Positions 55,350-63,381 of a stretch of 64,000 nucleotides of DNA are shown here, in pieces. Positions within the stretch are counted from its first letter, which is position 1; each line of letters begins with the position of its first letter. A program made the position numbers and the translations under genes. The notes beneath the pieces are model-generated. The model searched no databases, was not told the origin of the DNA, and saw only the letters and a list, made by a program, of their open reading frames with translations. Source of the DNA: Thermoanaerobaculia bacterium (GTDB taxonomy: Bacteria; Acidobacteriota; Thermoanaerobaculia; UBA5066; Gp7-AA6); the NCBI GenBank assembly GCA_036505535.1, contig DASXTI010000062.1, forward strand, positions 124,585 through 188,584. The letters run 5' to 3'.

Positions 55350-57190
55350 CAGAGCCTCGGGAGCACTTCCAGATTCAGCCGAGCGGAGCCCGAGACCGGA
55401 ACCGGCTGCTCGATCGAGTCGGCCTGCAGCCGGAGATAACCGAGGTCCGGTGTTCCGTCGCCGGGCCCGCGGTCGCGCAGGAGCGCCGCCCGGGTCGGCG
55501 GCAACGCGGCGAGCGGCTCTCCGTTGACGACCGCGCCCGGCGCGCTCCGGTAAACCAGAAGGTTGAGCGAGTTGGGCGGCCTTACGCGCGCCAGGAAGTC
55601 GAGCACCTGATCGAGAGAGTGCGGATCCGGGGGATAGAGGGCGAGGTCATAGGCGGTGGCCGCGTTGCCGTCGCCGACGAACACCGTCAACGGGCCCGGT
55701 GGTGCGTCCGAAGGGACACGAAGGGTCATCACGACGCGCCGCGGCCCTCCCCGGAAGTCCTCCAGATCCACCCACACGGGTACGTTTTCTCCCGGTAGGA
55801 CCTTCTCCTTCTGCGCCTCGACGTGCACGACGCGCGCGCTCTGCAGCCGGTCCGAGTGAGCGATCTCGACGTCGACCGACTGGATAGGAAGATCTCGAAA
55901 TTCGTTCGCCATGAGGTAGTTCGTCAGCAGAGCCACGGAGCTGACCGCTTCTTCGCGCGCCGATAGGCCCGAGAAGACCGAGTCCCAGCGCACCGTCCGC
56001 TCCGGAGTGCGAATCGATGATTTCCACACGATCGTGCGCTCGCCCGCGCGTTTCTCCAGGGTTGTCAAGACGTTGTCGGTCGCGACGGCGACGAGGATGG
56101 GCGTGAGCATCGAATTGTGGACGACCTCGAAGCGGAACGTCTGTGTCGGGAAGTCCTCCGAGGTCATTCGGACCGTGACCGGCACCATCGTCGGGGGCCT
56201 GCCGAAGCTGCCGAGAATGCCCGTGGAACGATCCTGGGAGACCGAGCCGAGAACCGAGCCGGTAGTGGAGAACTTGAAAGAGCGATAGAGCGACGGCAGG
56301 ACCGTCAGGACGTCGGCGCTTGCCATCGGCATATCGACCGGCCCCATGGAGAGGAAGGGATGGCCGAATGCGAGAAGCGAGTTGCCCTCGACCCAGGTAA
56401 CGGTGCCGGTCGCGGAAAGAACCATGTCTCCTGAAAGAAGGACCGCCGCGACGGCGGAGCCCGGCTCGAGACGCGATTCGTTCGGCGTGACGACTTCTGG
56501 CGCGGCCGGAGTCGAAGCGCCGGATGGGGTCACCATCCAGCCGGCCGCTTCGGCGATCCGCCCGAAGAGACGGCCGGGCTCGATCGCGCCGGAAAGAGAG
56601 ACGGGAAGAGGCAGGGGGGCCGGGCCCGACGTCGCCGGCTCGCCTCGAAACGCCTTGAGCAATTCTTCGAACGGCTCGCGAAAACGAAAGTCGCGGAAAG
56701 CCGTGGTGAAGGCGGCCGTCCGCGCCGCCGCGCCGCCCATCGGAACCGGAGGGGAGGCCGGCGCTTTCCGGATGTCGAGCATGCTCTGAATCGGCGTGAT
56801 TCCGCAGATCGCTTCGCGTGAGAAGGGCCAGCCGTAGGCCAGAGCTCCGACGAGCTTCCCGTCGACGTAGATCGGGCTTCCGCTCATGCCGGCGATGATT
56901 CCCGTGCGGTCGATGGCGTCGGCGAGGATTCGAGCGAGAATCAGGTCCTGTTTGGGCGCATAGCTCTTCAGTAGCCCGACGATCTCGACATCGAACCGCT
57001 GGACTCCTTTCCCGTCTCCGAGATCCGAGAGGCCGTAGCCTTTCATTCCCGGAGTGATCTCGCTGGCGGGAAGGATCTCGGTCGGCCGCGCGAAAGCGAT
57101 GGAGGCGGATGCGCCGAGCGCGACCGCGAGAATCAACCGGCACACGGTTCGCCTCACCTTCGGGACAACGTCTTCGGTTCGCGGCTCCAT
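55346..57190 (-). CDS. S55 (SpoIVB-like) trypsin-fold serine peptidase, secreted
   Basis: Signal peptide. Catalytic-serine context GIIAGMSGSPIYVDGKLVGALAYG. ATGA overlap with the downstream propeller gene. Confidence 0.65.
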   Translation of the reverse strand: MEPRTEDVVPKVRRTVCRLILAVALGASASIAFARPTEILPASEITPGMKGYGLSDLGDGKGVQRFDVEIVGLLKSYAPKQDLILARILADAIDRTGIIAGMSGSPIYVDGKLVGALAYGWPFSREAICGITPIQSMLDIRKAPASPPVPMGGAAARTAAFTTAFRDFRFREPFEELLKAFRGEPATSGPAPLPLPVSLSGAIEPGRLFGRIAEAAGWMVTPSGASTPAAPEVVTPNESRLEPGSAVAAVLLSGDMVLSATGTVTWVEGNSLLAFGHPFLSMGPVDMPMASADVLTVLPSLYRSFKFSTTGSVLGSVSQDRSTGILGSFGRPPTMVPVTVRMTSEDFPTQTFRFEVVHNSMLTPILVAVATDNVLTTLEKRAGERTIVWKSSIRTPERTVRWDSVFSGLSAREEAVSSVALLTNYLMANEFRDLPIQSVDVEIAHSDRLQSARVVHVEAQKEKVLPGENVPVWVDLEDFRGGPRRVVMTLRVPSDAPPGPLTVFVGDGNAATAYDLALYPPDPHSLDQVLDFLARVRPPNSLNLLVYRSAPGAVVNGEPLAALPPTRAALLRDRGPGDGTPDLGYLRLQADSIEQPVPVSGSARLNLEVLPRLW

Positions 57191-57232
57191 TCCCTTTGAC
57201 CCTCTCCGTACCCTATGTTACGGTCGAAACCA

Positions 57233-57973
57233 ATGCTGGCACTCGCCTTTCAGCCCGTCACCTCAGAAAACCTCCCCGGCCAGTCCTCGATCCTCTCCGC
57301 CTTCGGCGAGACGGGGACGACCGCGCGAGTCGTCCTGGGCATCTTGCTGCTGTTCTCTTTTATCTCCTGGGTGATCATTTTCGCCAAATTCATTCGGCTC
57401 CGGAGGGTCTCGCGCCAGTCGGCGAAGTTCGTCTCGTTCTTTCGGAAATCCAAGCGCTTCTCGGAGGTCAATACCTTCGCCGGGGATCTGGCCGACACGC
57501 CTTTGACGACCCTCTTCAAGGCGGGCTACGCAGAGCTCGACGCCCAGGTGAAGGCCAATCGCGCCGACGACGCTCCGACCACCGGCGGGGCACAGGGCAA
57601 GCTCTTGATCAAGAACATTTCTGGAATCGAGCGGGCTCTGGAGCGCGCGATCGGCGTGGAGATGTCGCGATTGACGCGACACATGACCTTCCTCGCCACG
57701 ACGGCGGCGGCCTGCCCGTTCATCGGTCTGTTCGGCACTGTCTGGGGAATTATGCAATCTTTTCGGGCAATTGGCCAGACCGGATCGACATCGATCGCGG
57801 CGGTCGCGCCCGGAATCTCGGAGGCCCTCATCAACACGGCCGCCGGCCTCGCGGCCGCGATTCCGGCGCTGATCTTCTATAACTACTTCATGGGAAAGGT
57901 CCGGGAACAGCGCGCGGGAATGGAGGACTTCTCCCTAGAGTTCATCAATCTGGCCGAGCGGAACTTTACGTAG
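57233..57973 (+). CDS. tolQ: Tol-Pal system protein TolQ
   Basis: MotA/TolQ/ExbB family with 3 TM helices. Synteny with tolR-tolA-tolB-pal-cpoB. Confidence 0.85.
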   Translation: MLALAFQPVTSENLPGQSSILSAFGETGTTARVVLGILLLFSFISWVIIFAKFIRLRRVSRQSAKFVSFFRKSKRFSEVNTFAGDLADTPLTTLFKAGYAELDAQVKANRADDAPTTGGAQGKLLIKNISGIERALERAIGVEMSRLTRHMTFLATTAAACPFIGLFGTVWGIMQSFRAIGQTGSTSIAAVAPGISEALINTAAGLAAAIPALIFYNYFMGKVREQRAGMEDFSLEFINLAERNFT

Positions 57974-57976
57974 GGC

Positions 57977-58068
57977 GCTCGTGAGTCGTAAATCATGGGT
58001 CATGGGTCATGAGGAGGTAAGCAATGAAGGACGGCTCTCGACTCACGACCCATAACTCACGACCCTCC
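57977..58068. repeat. CGTGAGT/CATGGGT heptamer inverted array between tolQ and tolR, containing SD plus 15-codon mini-ORF
   Basis: cgtgagt cgtaaat catgggt catgggt catgagg ...loop... revcomp partner ctcgactcacgacccataactcacgaccctcc. GAGGAGG (58011-58017) pairs with CCTCC (58064-58068). Mini-ORF ATG 58024..TAA 58071 encodes MKDGSRLTTHNSRPS. Confidence 0.75.
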
Positions 58069-58072
58069 TAAA

Positions 58073-58501
58073 ATGGCCTTCCAGCGTCAAACCGGCGACC
58101 CGTTCGACCACCTCGCGGACATCAACGTCACGCCTCTGGTCGATGTCATTCTCGTGCTGCTCATCATCTTCATGGTCACCGCGCCCATGCTTCACCAGGG
58201 CATCTCCGTCGCTCTTCCGAAGACCGCCACCACCAATCTCCGTTCCACCGTCGAAGACCCCATCGTCCTTTCGATCTCTCGCGACGGCCTCTACTACATC
58301 AACGAAACCCCCGTCGCCCGCGGGCTGCTCAAGGAGCGGCTGCGCGCCATTCTTCGCGGGCGCAGGGAGAAAGCCGTTCTGCTCAAGGCGGATCGGGGAC
58401 TCTCCTACGGCACTGTCATCGAGACCCTCGATCTGCTCAATCGGATGGGGATCGAAAGCCTCGGTCTGGTGACGGAGACGTCGGGGTCTTCCCGGAAGTG
58501 A
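58073..58501 (+). CDS. tolR: Tol-Pal system protein TolR
   Basis: ExbD/TolR family with single TM (VTPLVDVILVLLIIFMVT). No SD of its own; start 1 nt after mini-ORF stop (TAAAATG). Confidence 0.85.
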   Translation: MAFQRQTGDPFDHLADINVTPLVDVILVLLIIFMVTAPMLHQGISVALPKTATTNLRSTVEDPIVLSISRDGLYYINETPVARGLLKERLRAILRGRREKAVLLKADRGLSYGTVIETLDLLNRMGIESLGLVTETSGSSRK

Positions 58502-58603
58502 GGCCCGCGCGCTCGCAGGTTGTGAAAGAAGGCTGTGGGATAGCGTTACGAGCGCCGTGGGGTCAAATGCAAGAAGCCGCGACGACGGCGATGCGGCGGC
58601 ATC

Positions 58604-58650
58604 CCTCGCCGCCAAGGCGGGCTCGGGACCGAGGAGCGGCGAGGTTTTTT
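58604..58650 (+). terminator. canonical intrinsic terminator (9-bp GC stem + T6) in the tolR-tolA spacer
   Basis: cctcgccgc (58604-58612), 24-nt loop, gcggcgagg (58637-58645), then tttttt. Confidence 0.6.
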
Positions 58651-58827
58651 CAGCGGGCGCTCGACGCGCCCGACAGGAGCGGAGATGAGTAATTGGCCTA
58701 AGGGAGTCTGCAGGGCACTCGGCTCTGGCGTCAAAAACTCTCGGCCGCCGTTCGCGAAGGGAACGCCCGCGGCCGACGGCCACGCCCGCATCCATTTTTC
58801 CGCAGCCTGCTGCTAGGGTCGGGACTC

Positions 58828-59574
58828 ATGGACGTCGTCGGCAACATCCTGGCGGAACGACGCGCGGACCGATTCTCCTGGGCCCCGGCGACCCTGCTCG
58901 CCTTCCTGCTCCATGCCGGAATTCTGGCGGGCATCTTAGCGTCCGCCCTGGCGCGGCCGATGCGCTTTGCCGCGCCGCGCGCCGTTGCCGTCCGGCTGCT
59001 GCCGGCGGGCTCTCTTCGAGCCCCGGAGCCCGCCCGCTCGCAGCCCGCGCTTCCCGCCGCCGAGAAGCCGAAGATCGAAAAGCCGTCCGAAGAAGCGCCA
59101 CCTCCGTCGAAGAAGGCGGTGCTCTTACCGTCGAAGGAAGAGAAAAGGAAACCGACGCCTCCGCCCGTCAGCCGGCCCGGGCGCGCCGCGACGCCATCGG
59201 TTAGCCTCCCCTCGACAGGGGACGAGTCCTCCGGCGCGACGGCGGGGAGCGCGGCCGGCGCGGGCGGCACCGCCGGCATCGGAAGTCTGAGGCTCGACCA
59301 GGCCGACTTCAAGTATCCGGTCTACATCGAAAGGCTCGTGATGATCATTAGCCTCAACTGGTTCAAGCCCGCTCAGCAGGTCACAGTCAATCCGATCATC
59401 CACTTCCAGATTGAACGCGACGGCACCATCACCGATCCGAGAATCGTGACTTCGAGCGGTTTGCCCTTCGTGGACCGAGCGGCGTTGCGCGCCGTCCTCG
59501 CCTCCTCGCCGCTGCCTCCCCTTCCCGCCGAATACGGCGGCCCTCACCTGGGCATTCAGGTCGTGTTCGAGTGA
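58828..59574 (+). CDS. tolA: TolA (TonB-C-terminal-domain protein of the Tol system)
   Basis: N-terminal TM anchor, Pro/Ala/Lys-rich linker. C-terminal TonB_C-like domain (YPVYIERLVMIISLNW...). GTGA overlap with tolB start. Confidence 0.7.
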   Translation: MDVVGNILAERRADRFSWAPATLLAFLLHAGILAGILASALARPMRFAAPRAVAVRLLPAGSLRAPEPARSQPALPAAEKPKIEKPSEEAPPPSKKAVLLPSKEEKRKPTPPPVSRPGRAATPSVSLPSTGDESSGATAGSAAGAGGTAGIGSLRLDQADFKYPVYIERLVMIISLNWFKPAQQVTVNPIIHFQIERDGTITDPRIVTSSGLPFVDRAALRAVLASSPLPPLPAEYGGPHLGIQVVFE

Positions 59575-60905
59575 TCCGCCAGAGAAAATTGAGACGCCGA
59601 GTCCTCCAGATCGTCGCGATCGCCGTGACGTCACTGGCCGGCGTTCCCGCCGCCGCGCAGACGCCGCCGGCCCCCACACCGCGGCCCGCCGAAGACATCC
59701 AGATCGTCATCCGTGGCGGCAAGGAACGCCGCCTGGCAGTCGCGGTCCCGGCGCTCTACGCCCCGGGCTCGGCCGCGCTCCAGGCGAAGGTGGCCGATCC
59801 CTTCACGGCGACTCTGAGGTCCGATCTCGAGTACGCGGGCGCCTTCTCGGTCGCCGAGCCCGCGCACTATCCGTCGGGTTATCGCGATCCCACCACTCCC
59901 GAGGCGGCAGACCGGTGGCTCGGAACCGGTGCGGAAGTTCTCGTCGACACGCGCGGCGAGGTTGCCGGCGACCGCGTTGCCGTCGAGGCGAGGATCTGGG
60001 ACCTGAAGTCTCGTAAGCTCATCCTCGGCCGGCGCTATTCGGGCGGCGCCTCCTACGTGGATCGGATCGCCCACACGCTCGCTAACGACCTGGTGAAGTA
60101 CTTCACCGGAAAACCGGGCGCGTTTCTTTCCACGATCCTCTTCGTCACCGAGCAAGGAGGAACCAAGGAAATCTCGGCGATGGACTTCGACGGGCGCAAT
60201 ACTCGCCAGCTCACGTCGCATCGATCGATTGCAATCAACCCGACCGGCGCGGGCGGAAAGGTAGTGTACACCTCTTACGTGCGCCTGTTCCCGCAGATCT
60301 GGATCATGAGCATGGATGGCAGCGAAAAGAAGGAGATCCCAACAGGGGTCGAGCTCAATGCGTCGCCGTCCCTGTCTTCCGACGGCAGCCAGATCGTCTT
60401 TGCCGGCTCGGCGAAGGGCAACGCCGACATATACGCGATCGGTGTCAACGGCGGGTCTCTGCGCCGCTTGACCAACAGCCGCGCTCTCGAGGCCTCCCCG
60501 GCCTGGTCTCCGACGGGGCGCCAGATTCTCTACACGTCGGACTTGACCGGCACGCCTCAGATCTATGTCATGGACGCCGAAGGATCGGGCTCCCGGCGCA
60601 TCACCTTCGCCGGCAACTGGAATGACGAAGCCTCCTGGTCACCCGACGGCGCGCGGATCGCCTTTGCCTGCCGCAACGAGGGCGACTTCAACATCTGCGT
60701 CATGGACTTCGCGACCGGACAGACGGTCCAGGTGACCTCCGAGGGCTCCAATGGTCATCCTTCCTGGTCGCCCGACGGCGAAAAGATCGTTTACTCATCG
60801 CGGCGCGGCGGCTCGACTCAGATCTACTCGATGGACGCGAGCGGACAGAATAAACGGCAGTTGACCGACGGAGGCAATCACTATCAGCCCGTCTGGCTTC
60901 CTTGA
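59571..60905 (+). CDS. tolB: Tol-Pal system beta-propeller protein TolB
   Basis: N-terminal TolB_N domain plus repeated PD40 blades (SPAWSPTGRQILYTSD, EASWSPDGARIAF, HPSWSPDGEKIVYSS). Confidence 0.9.
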   Translation: MIRQRKLRRRVLQIVAIAVTSLAGVPAAAQTPPAPTPRPAEDIQIVIRGGKERRLAVAVPALYAPGSAALQAKVADPFTATLRSDLEYAGAFSVAEPAHYPSGYRDPTTPEAADRWLGTGAEVLVDTRGEVAGDRVAVEARIWDLKSRKLILGRRYSGGASYVDRIAHTLANDLVKYFTGKPGAFLSTILFVTEQGGTKEISAMDFDGRNTRQLTSHRSIAINPTGAGGKVVYTSYVRLFPQIWIMSMDGSEKKEIPTGVELNASPSLSSDGSQIVFAGSAKGNADIYAIGVNGGSLRRLTNSRALEASPAWSPTGRQILYTSDLTGTPQIYVMDAEGSGSRRITFAGNWNDEASWSPDGARIAFACRNEGDFNICVMDFATGQTVQVTSEGSNGHPSWSPDGEKIVYSSRRGGSTQIYSMDASGQNKRQLTDGGNHYQPVWLP

Positions 60906-61015
60906 CGCGCGAAATCGGATTCGGACTGGGGTTTTCGCAAACTCTTTGCTATATTGACTTTCTGAGCGGTACCCCTTGATTTGCGCGTCTCCGCTCCGCG
61001 ACGAAGGAGTACGGA

Positions 61016-61582
61016 ATGAAAAGGAACCTCATCACGCTCACGCTGCTCCCCCTCATGGCCATGACGATGCTTGTCCTGTCCGCTGCCTGCAAGAAAAAGG
61101 CACCGACGACCGCGGCCGAAGCCCGTCCTCCCGTGACGACCGCGAGGCCGGGGGAAACGACGGTGGCGCCCCCCGTCGCGCCCGGGCCCCGCACGGACAT
61201 CGAGGCGGAAGTTCTCTCGATGGACATCGATGCACTCAACAAGAAAGGATACTTGACCGACGCGTTCTTCGACTTCGACCAGTCGGATCTGCGTGAAGAC
61301 GCCCGCTCGGCGCTCTCCGCCGACGCGCAATGGCTCAAGAAGTACTCCTCCGTCCAGGTTCTGGTCGAAGGGCACTGCGACGAGCGCGGCACGGCCGCTT
61401 ACAATCTTTCTCTCGGGGATCGCCGGGCGAACGCCGTCAAGGAGTATTTGACCTCGTTGGGACTCGAGGGCTCTCGGCTGCGCACCGTCTCCTACGGCAA
61501 GGAGCGCCCGTTCTGCACGCAATCGAACGAGAGTTGCTGGCAGCAGAATCGACGGGGCCACATCGTTATCACGGCCAAGTAG
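61016..61582 (+). CDS. pal: peptidoglycan-associated lipoprotein (OmpA family)
   Basis: Lipoprotein signal LVLSAAC. OmpA-C domain (FFDFDQSDL, VEGHCDERGTAAYNLSLGDRRANAV). Confidence 0.9.
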   Translation: MKRNLITLTLLPLMAMTMLVLSAACKKKAPTTAAEARPPVTTARPGETTVAPPVAPGPRTDIEAEVLSMDIDALNKKGYLTDAFFDFDQSDLREDARSALSADAQWLKKYSSVQVLVEGHCDERGTAAYNLSLGDRRANAVKEYLTSLGLEGSRLRTVSYGKERPFCTQSNESCWQQNRRGHIVITAK

Positions 61583-61587
61583 CCTTG

Positions 61588-62418
61588 ACCGCCTCGCAGC
61601 GTCTCGGACTCGCCGGCCTCCTGGTGGCGGCGCTTGTGGCGGGCGCCGCCTGCGTTTCCTCGGACGACATCGAGGGTCTGCACCGGCAGATGAACGACAT
61701 CCAGAAGCAGATCCAGGCGGTCGAGAAGAAGTCTTCGAGCAAGGAGGAGGTCGAGAAGCTCAACCAGAACGTGGCCACGCAGACCCAGCAGTTGCTCAAG
61801 TCCAACGCCGACACGGCGGTCAAGTTGGGCGAGCTGACGACCAAGATGGAGCAGCTCGAGGCCAAGCTCGAAGACACCAACCGCCGGCTCTCTCAGCTCT
61901 CCCAGCAGATTGCGGAGACGCAGGGCGACCTGCTCCGGCTCCGCAACGCCGGTGGCGGTGGTTCCGGCTCACCCGGCCCGGCGCCCGCTTCCCCTCCCTC
62001 CGGCGGAGCGCCCCGCCCGTCTCAGAGCGCACCGTCTCCAACCGAGCTCTATGACACGGCCTACGGCGACTACGCCAAAGGGCGTTACGCGCTCGCCATC
62101 CAGGGCTTCGAGGACTATCTGGCGAGCTACCCCTCGACGGACCTCTCCGATAACGCCCAGTACTGGATCGGCGAGTCACACTTCGCGCAGAAGAAATACC
62201 AGGACGCGATCGCGGACTTCGAGAAGCTTCTCAAGCAGTGGCCCGCGAGCGACAAGGCCGCCGCCGCGTTGTTGAAGAAGGGATACGCGCTGCTCGAGCT
62301 CGGCCAGAAAGCGGAAGCCGTCGTCCAGCTCCAGTACGCCATCCACGAGTTCCCGACCTCCGAGGAAGCGCGGCTGGCTCGCGCCAAGCTGAAGTCGATC
62401 GGAGTGGAAACGAAATAA
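61588..62418 (+). CDS. cpoB: CpoB/YbgF (Tol-Pal system coiled-coil + TPR protein)
   Basis: Signal sequence, coiled-coil (QKQIQAVEKK...LEAKLEDTNRRLSQL). C-terminal TPR (YALAIQGFEDYLASYP...YWIGESHF). Start is uncertain: TTG 61588 after the pal stop; track ORF start 61330 overlaps pal. Confidence 0.7.
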   Translation, partial: TASQRLGLAGLLVAALVAGAACVSSDDIEGLHRQMNDIQKQIQAVEKKSSSKEEVEKLNQNVATQTQQLLKSNADTAVKLGELTTKMEQLEAKLEDTNRRLSQLSQQIAETQGDLLRLRNAGGGGSGSPGPAPASPPSGGAPRPSQSAPSPTELYDTAYGDYAKGRYALAIQGFEDYLASYPSTDLSDNAQYWIGESHFAQKKYQDAIADFEKLLKQWPASDKAAAALLKKGYALLELGQKAEAVVQLQYAIHEFPTSEEARLARAKLKSIGVETK

Positions 62419-62482
62419 GCGTAAGACGTGAGAGGTAAGACGTAAGACGGAGCGGGTCTCGTCTCACGTTTTGCGTCACGAC
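62419..62482. repeat. GTAAGAC-core heptamer inverted array downstream of cpoB
   Basis: gtaagac gtgagag gtaagac gtaagac gg ...agcgg... gtctcgtctcacgttttgcgtcacgac. Confidence 0.75.
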
Positions 62483-62518
62483 ACCGAGAAACGATCAACA
62501 AGGAGAAAGCTCATTCCC

Positions 62519-62773
62519 ATGGCCAACATCAAGTCCGCCGAGAAGCGGATCCGCACGTCTGGCAAGAAGCGCACACGCAACAAGGCTCGTGTCTCGCGCC
62601 TTCGGACCGCGATCAAGAAATACGGGCAGACCGATCCGGCGAGGAAGGCCGATGCCCTTGCGGGAACCCACGCGGAGATCGACCGCGCACTCCGCAAAGG
62701 CGTGATCCACCGCAACGCCGCGGCCCGGTACAAGAGCCGGCTGGCGAAGAAGGCGGCAGTCAGTAGTCAGTAG
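62519..62773 (+). CDS. rpsT: 30S ribosomal protein S20
   Basis: MANIKSAEKRIRTSGKKRTRNKA... typical bS20 N-terminus. AAGGAGAAAG SD. Confidence 0.9.
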   Translation: MANIKSAEKRIRTSGKKRTRNKARVSRLRTAIKKYGQTDPARKADALAGTHAEIDRALRKGVIHRNAAARYKSRLAKKAAVSSQ

Positions 62774-62826
62774 TCAGTCGTCGGTAGTCGTGAGCCTCTC
62801 ACGACGACTACCAACTACCAACCACC
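62761..62826. terminator. CAGTAGT-core heptamer hairpin overlapping the rpsT 3' end
   Basis: cagtagt cagtagt cagtcgt cggtagt cgtgag cc ctcacgacgactaccaactaccaaccacc. Tight stem gtcgtgag/ctcacgac with 2-nt loop. The repeat encodes the last residues (VSSQ) and the TAG stop of S20. Confidence 0.75.
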
Positions 62827-62838
62827 GAATGCCGACTC

Positions 62839-63381
62839 CTAGAACCCCTCCAACAGGCTCGTCACCAGGCTCTGAGCGAATCGTCCGGCCACCCGGTCGA
62901 TCGCTTCGTTCTCACGGTCGACGTAAGAAGCGGCGCTCGCGGCAAACTGGTAGTTGTCGCGGAAGCTGAACGAGGGGTTTTCCCAGAGCGGCTTCTCATC
63001 CGGGAGCGTCTTCAGCGAGACCCGCGCGGTCACCTGCACCTGGTAGTCGGTCGCTCGTCCCTGGGAATCGAAGGCCACGGGAAAGAGATTGAATCCGAGG
63101 ACCGCCCCCGAAAGGATGGCGTTGGCGCCGTCGGCGGTCGACTGGACCTTGAACCGCCCGCGTGACGCCAGCTCGCGCGCGATCTCTCCGGAAAGGCGCT
63201 GCTCGAGGCCGACCCGTGGCGTCAGATTTTCCAGCGTGGTGAACTGGACCACCTTGATCGACTCGGGAAGCGAGGACGCCCTGCCCACCAGCGTGTAGCC
63301 GCACGCCGACGACGAGAGGAGCACGCAGAGGAGCGCGAGAGCCCTTTTCCCCCGCTCCCCGATCCCGAGCTCCCGCCTCAC
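62839..63381 (-). CDS. lptE: LPS-assembly lipoprotein LptE-like
   Basis: GTG start (GTGA overlap with leuS stop) giving a lipoprotein signal (KRALALLCVLLSSSAC). Conserved leuS-lptE synteny. Beta-rich mature domain. Confidence 0.6.
   Translation of the reverse strand: MRRELGIGERGKRALALLCVLLSSSACGYTLVGRASSLPESIKVVQFTTLENLTPRVGLEQRLSGEIARELASRGRFKVQSTADGANAILSGAVLGFNLFPVAFDSQGRATDYQVQVTARVSLKTLPDEKPLWENPSFSFRDNYQFAASAASYVDRENEAIDRVAGRFAQSLVTSLLEGF

Noticed and set aside
55647-57143. 498-aa minus-strand ORF in alternative frame of the S55 peptidase, and 49827..51284 and 49909..51465 ORFs over the ABC permeases
   Set aside because: Extreme Arg/Gly/Asp low complexity. Overlap with supported genes.
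58498-58791. Small ORFs 58498..58692 (+) and 58546..58791 (-) in the tolR-tolA spacer
   Set aside because: Arg/Ala-rich, no SD, mutually overlapping. The region is better explained as non-coding with an intrinsic terminator.
21949-62826. Tandem heptamer arrays considered as CRISPR or VNTR/microsatellite loci
   Set aside because: Units are 7 nt with no unique spacers. Always occur as an array plus reverse-complement array (hairpin) at gene 3' ends, so not CRISPR. No cas genes in the window.
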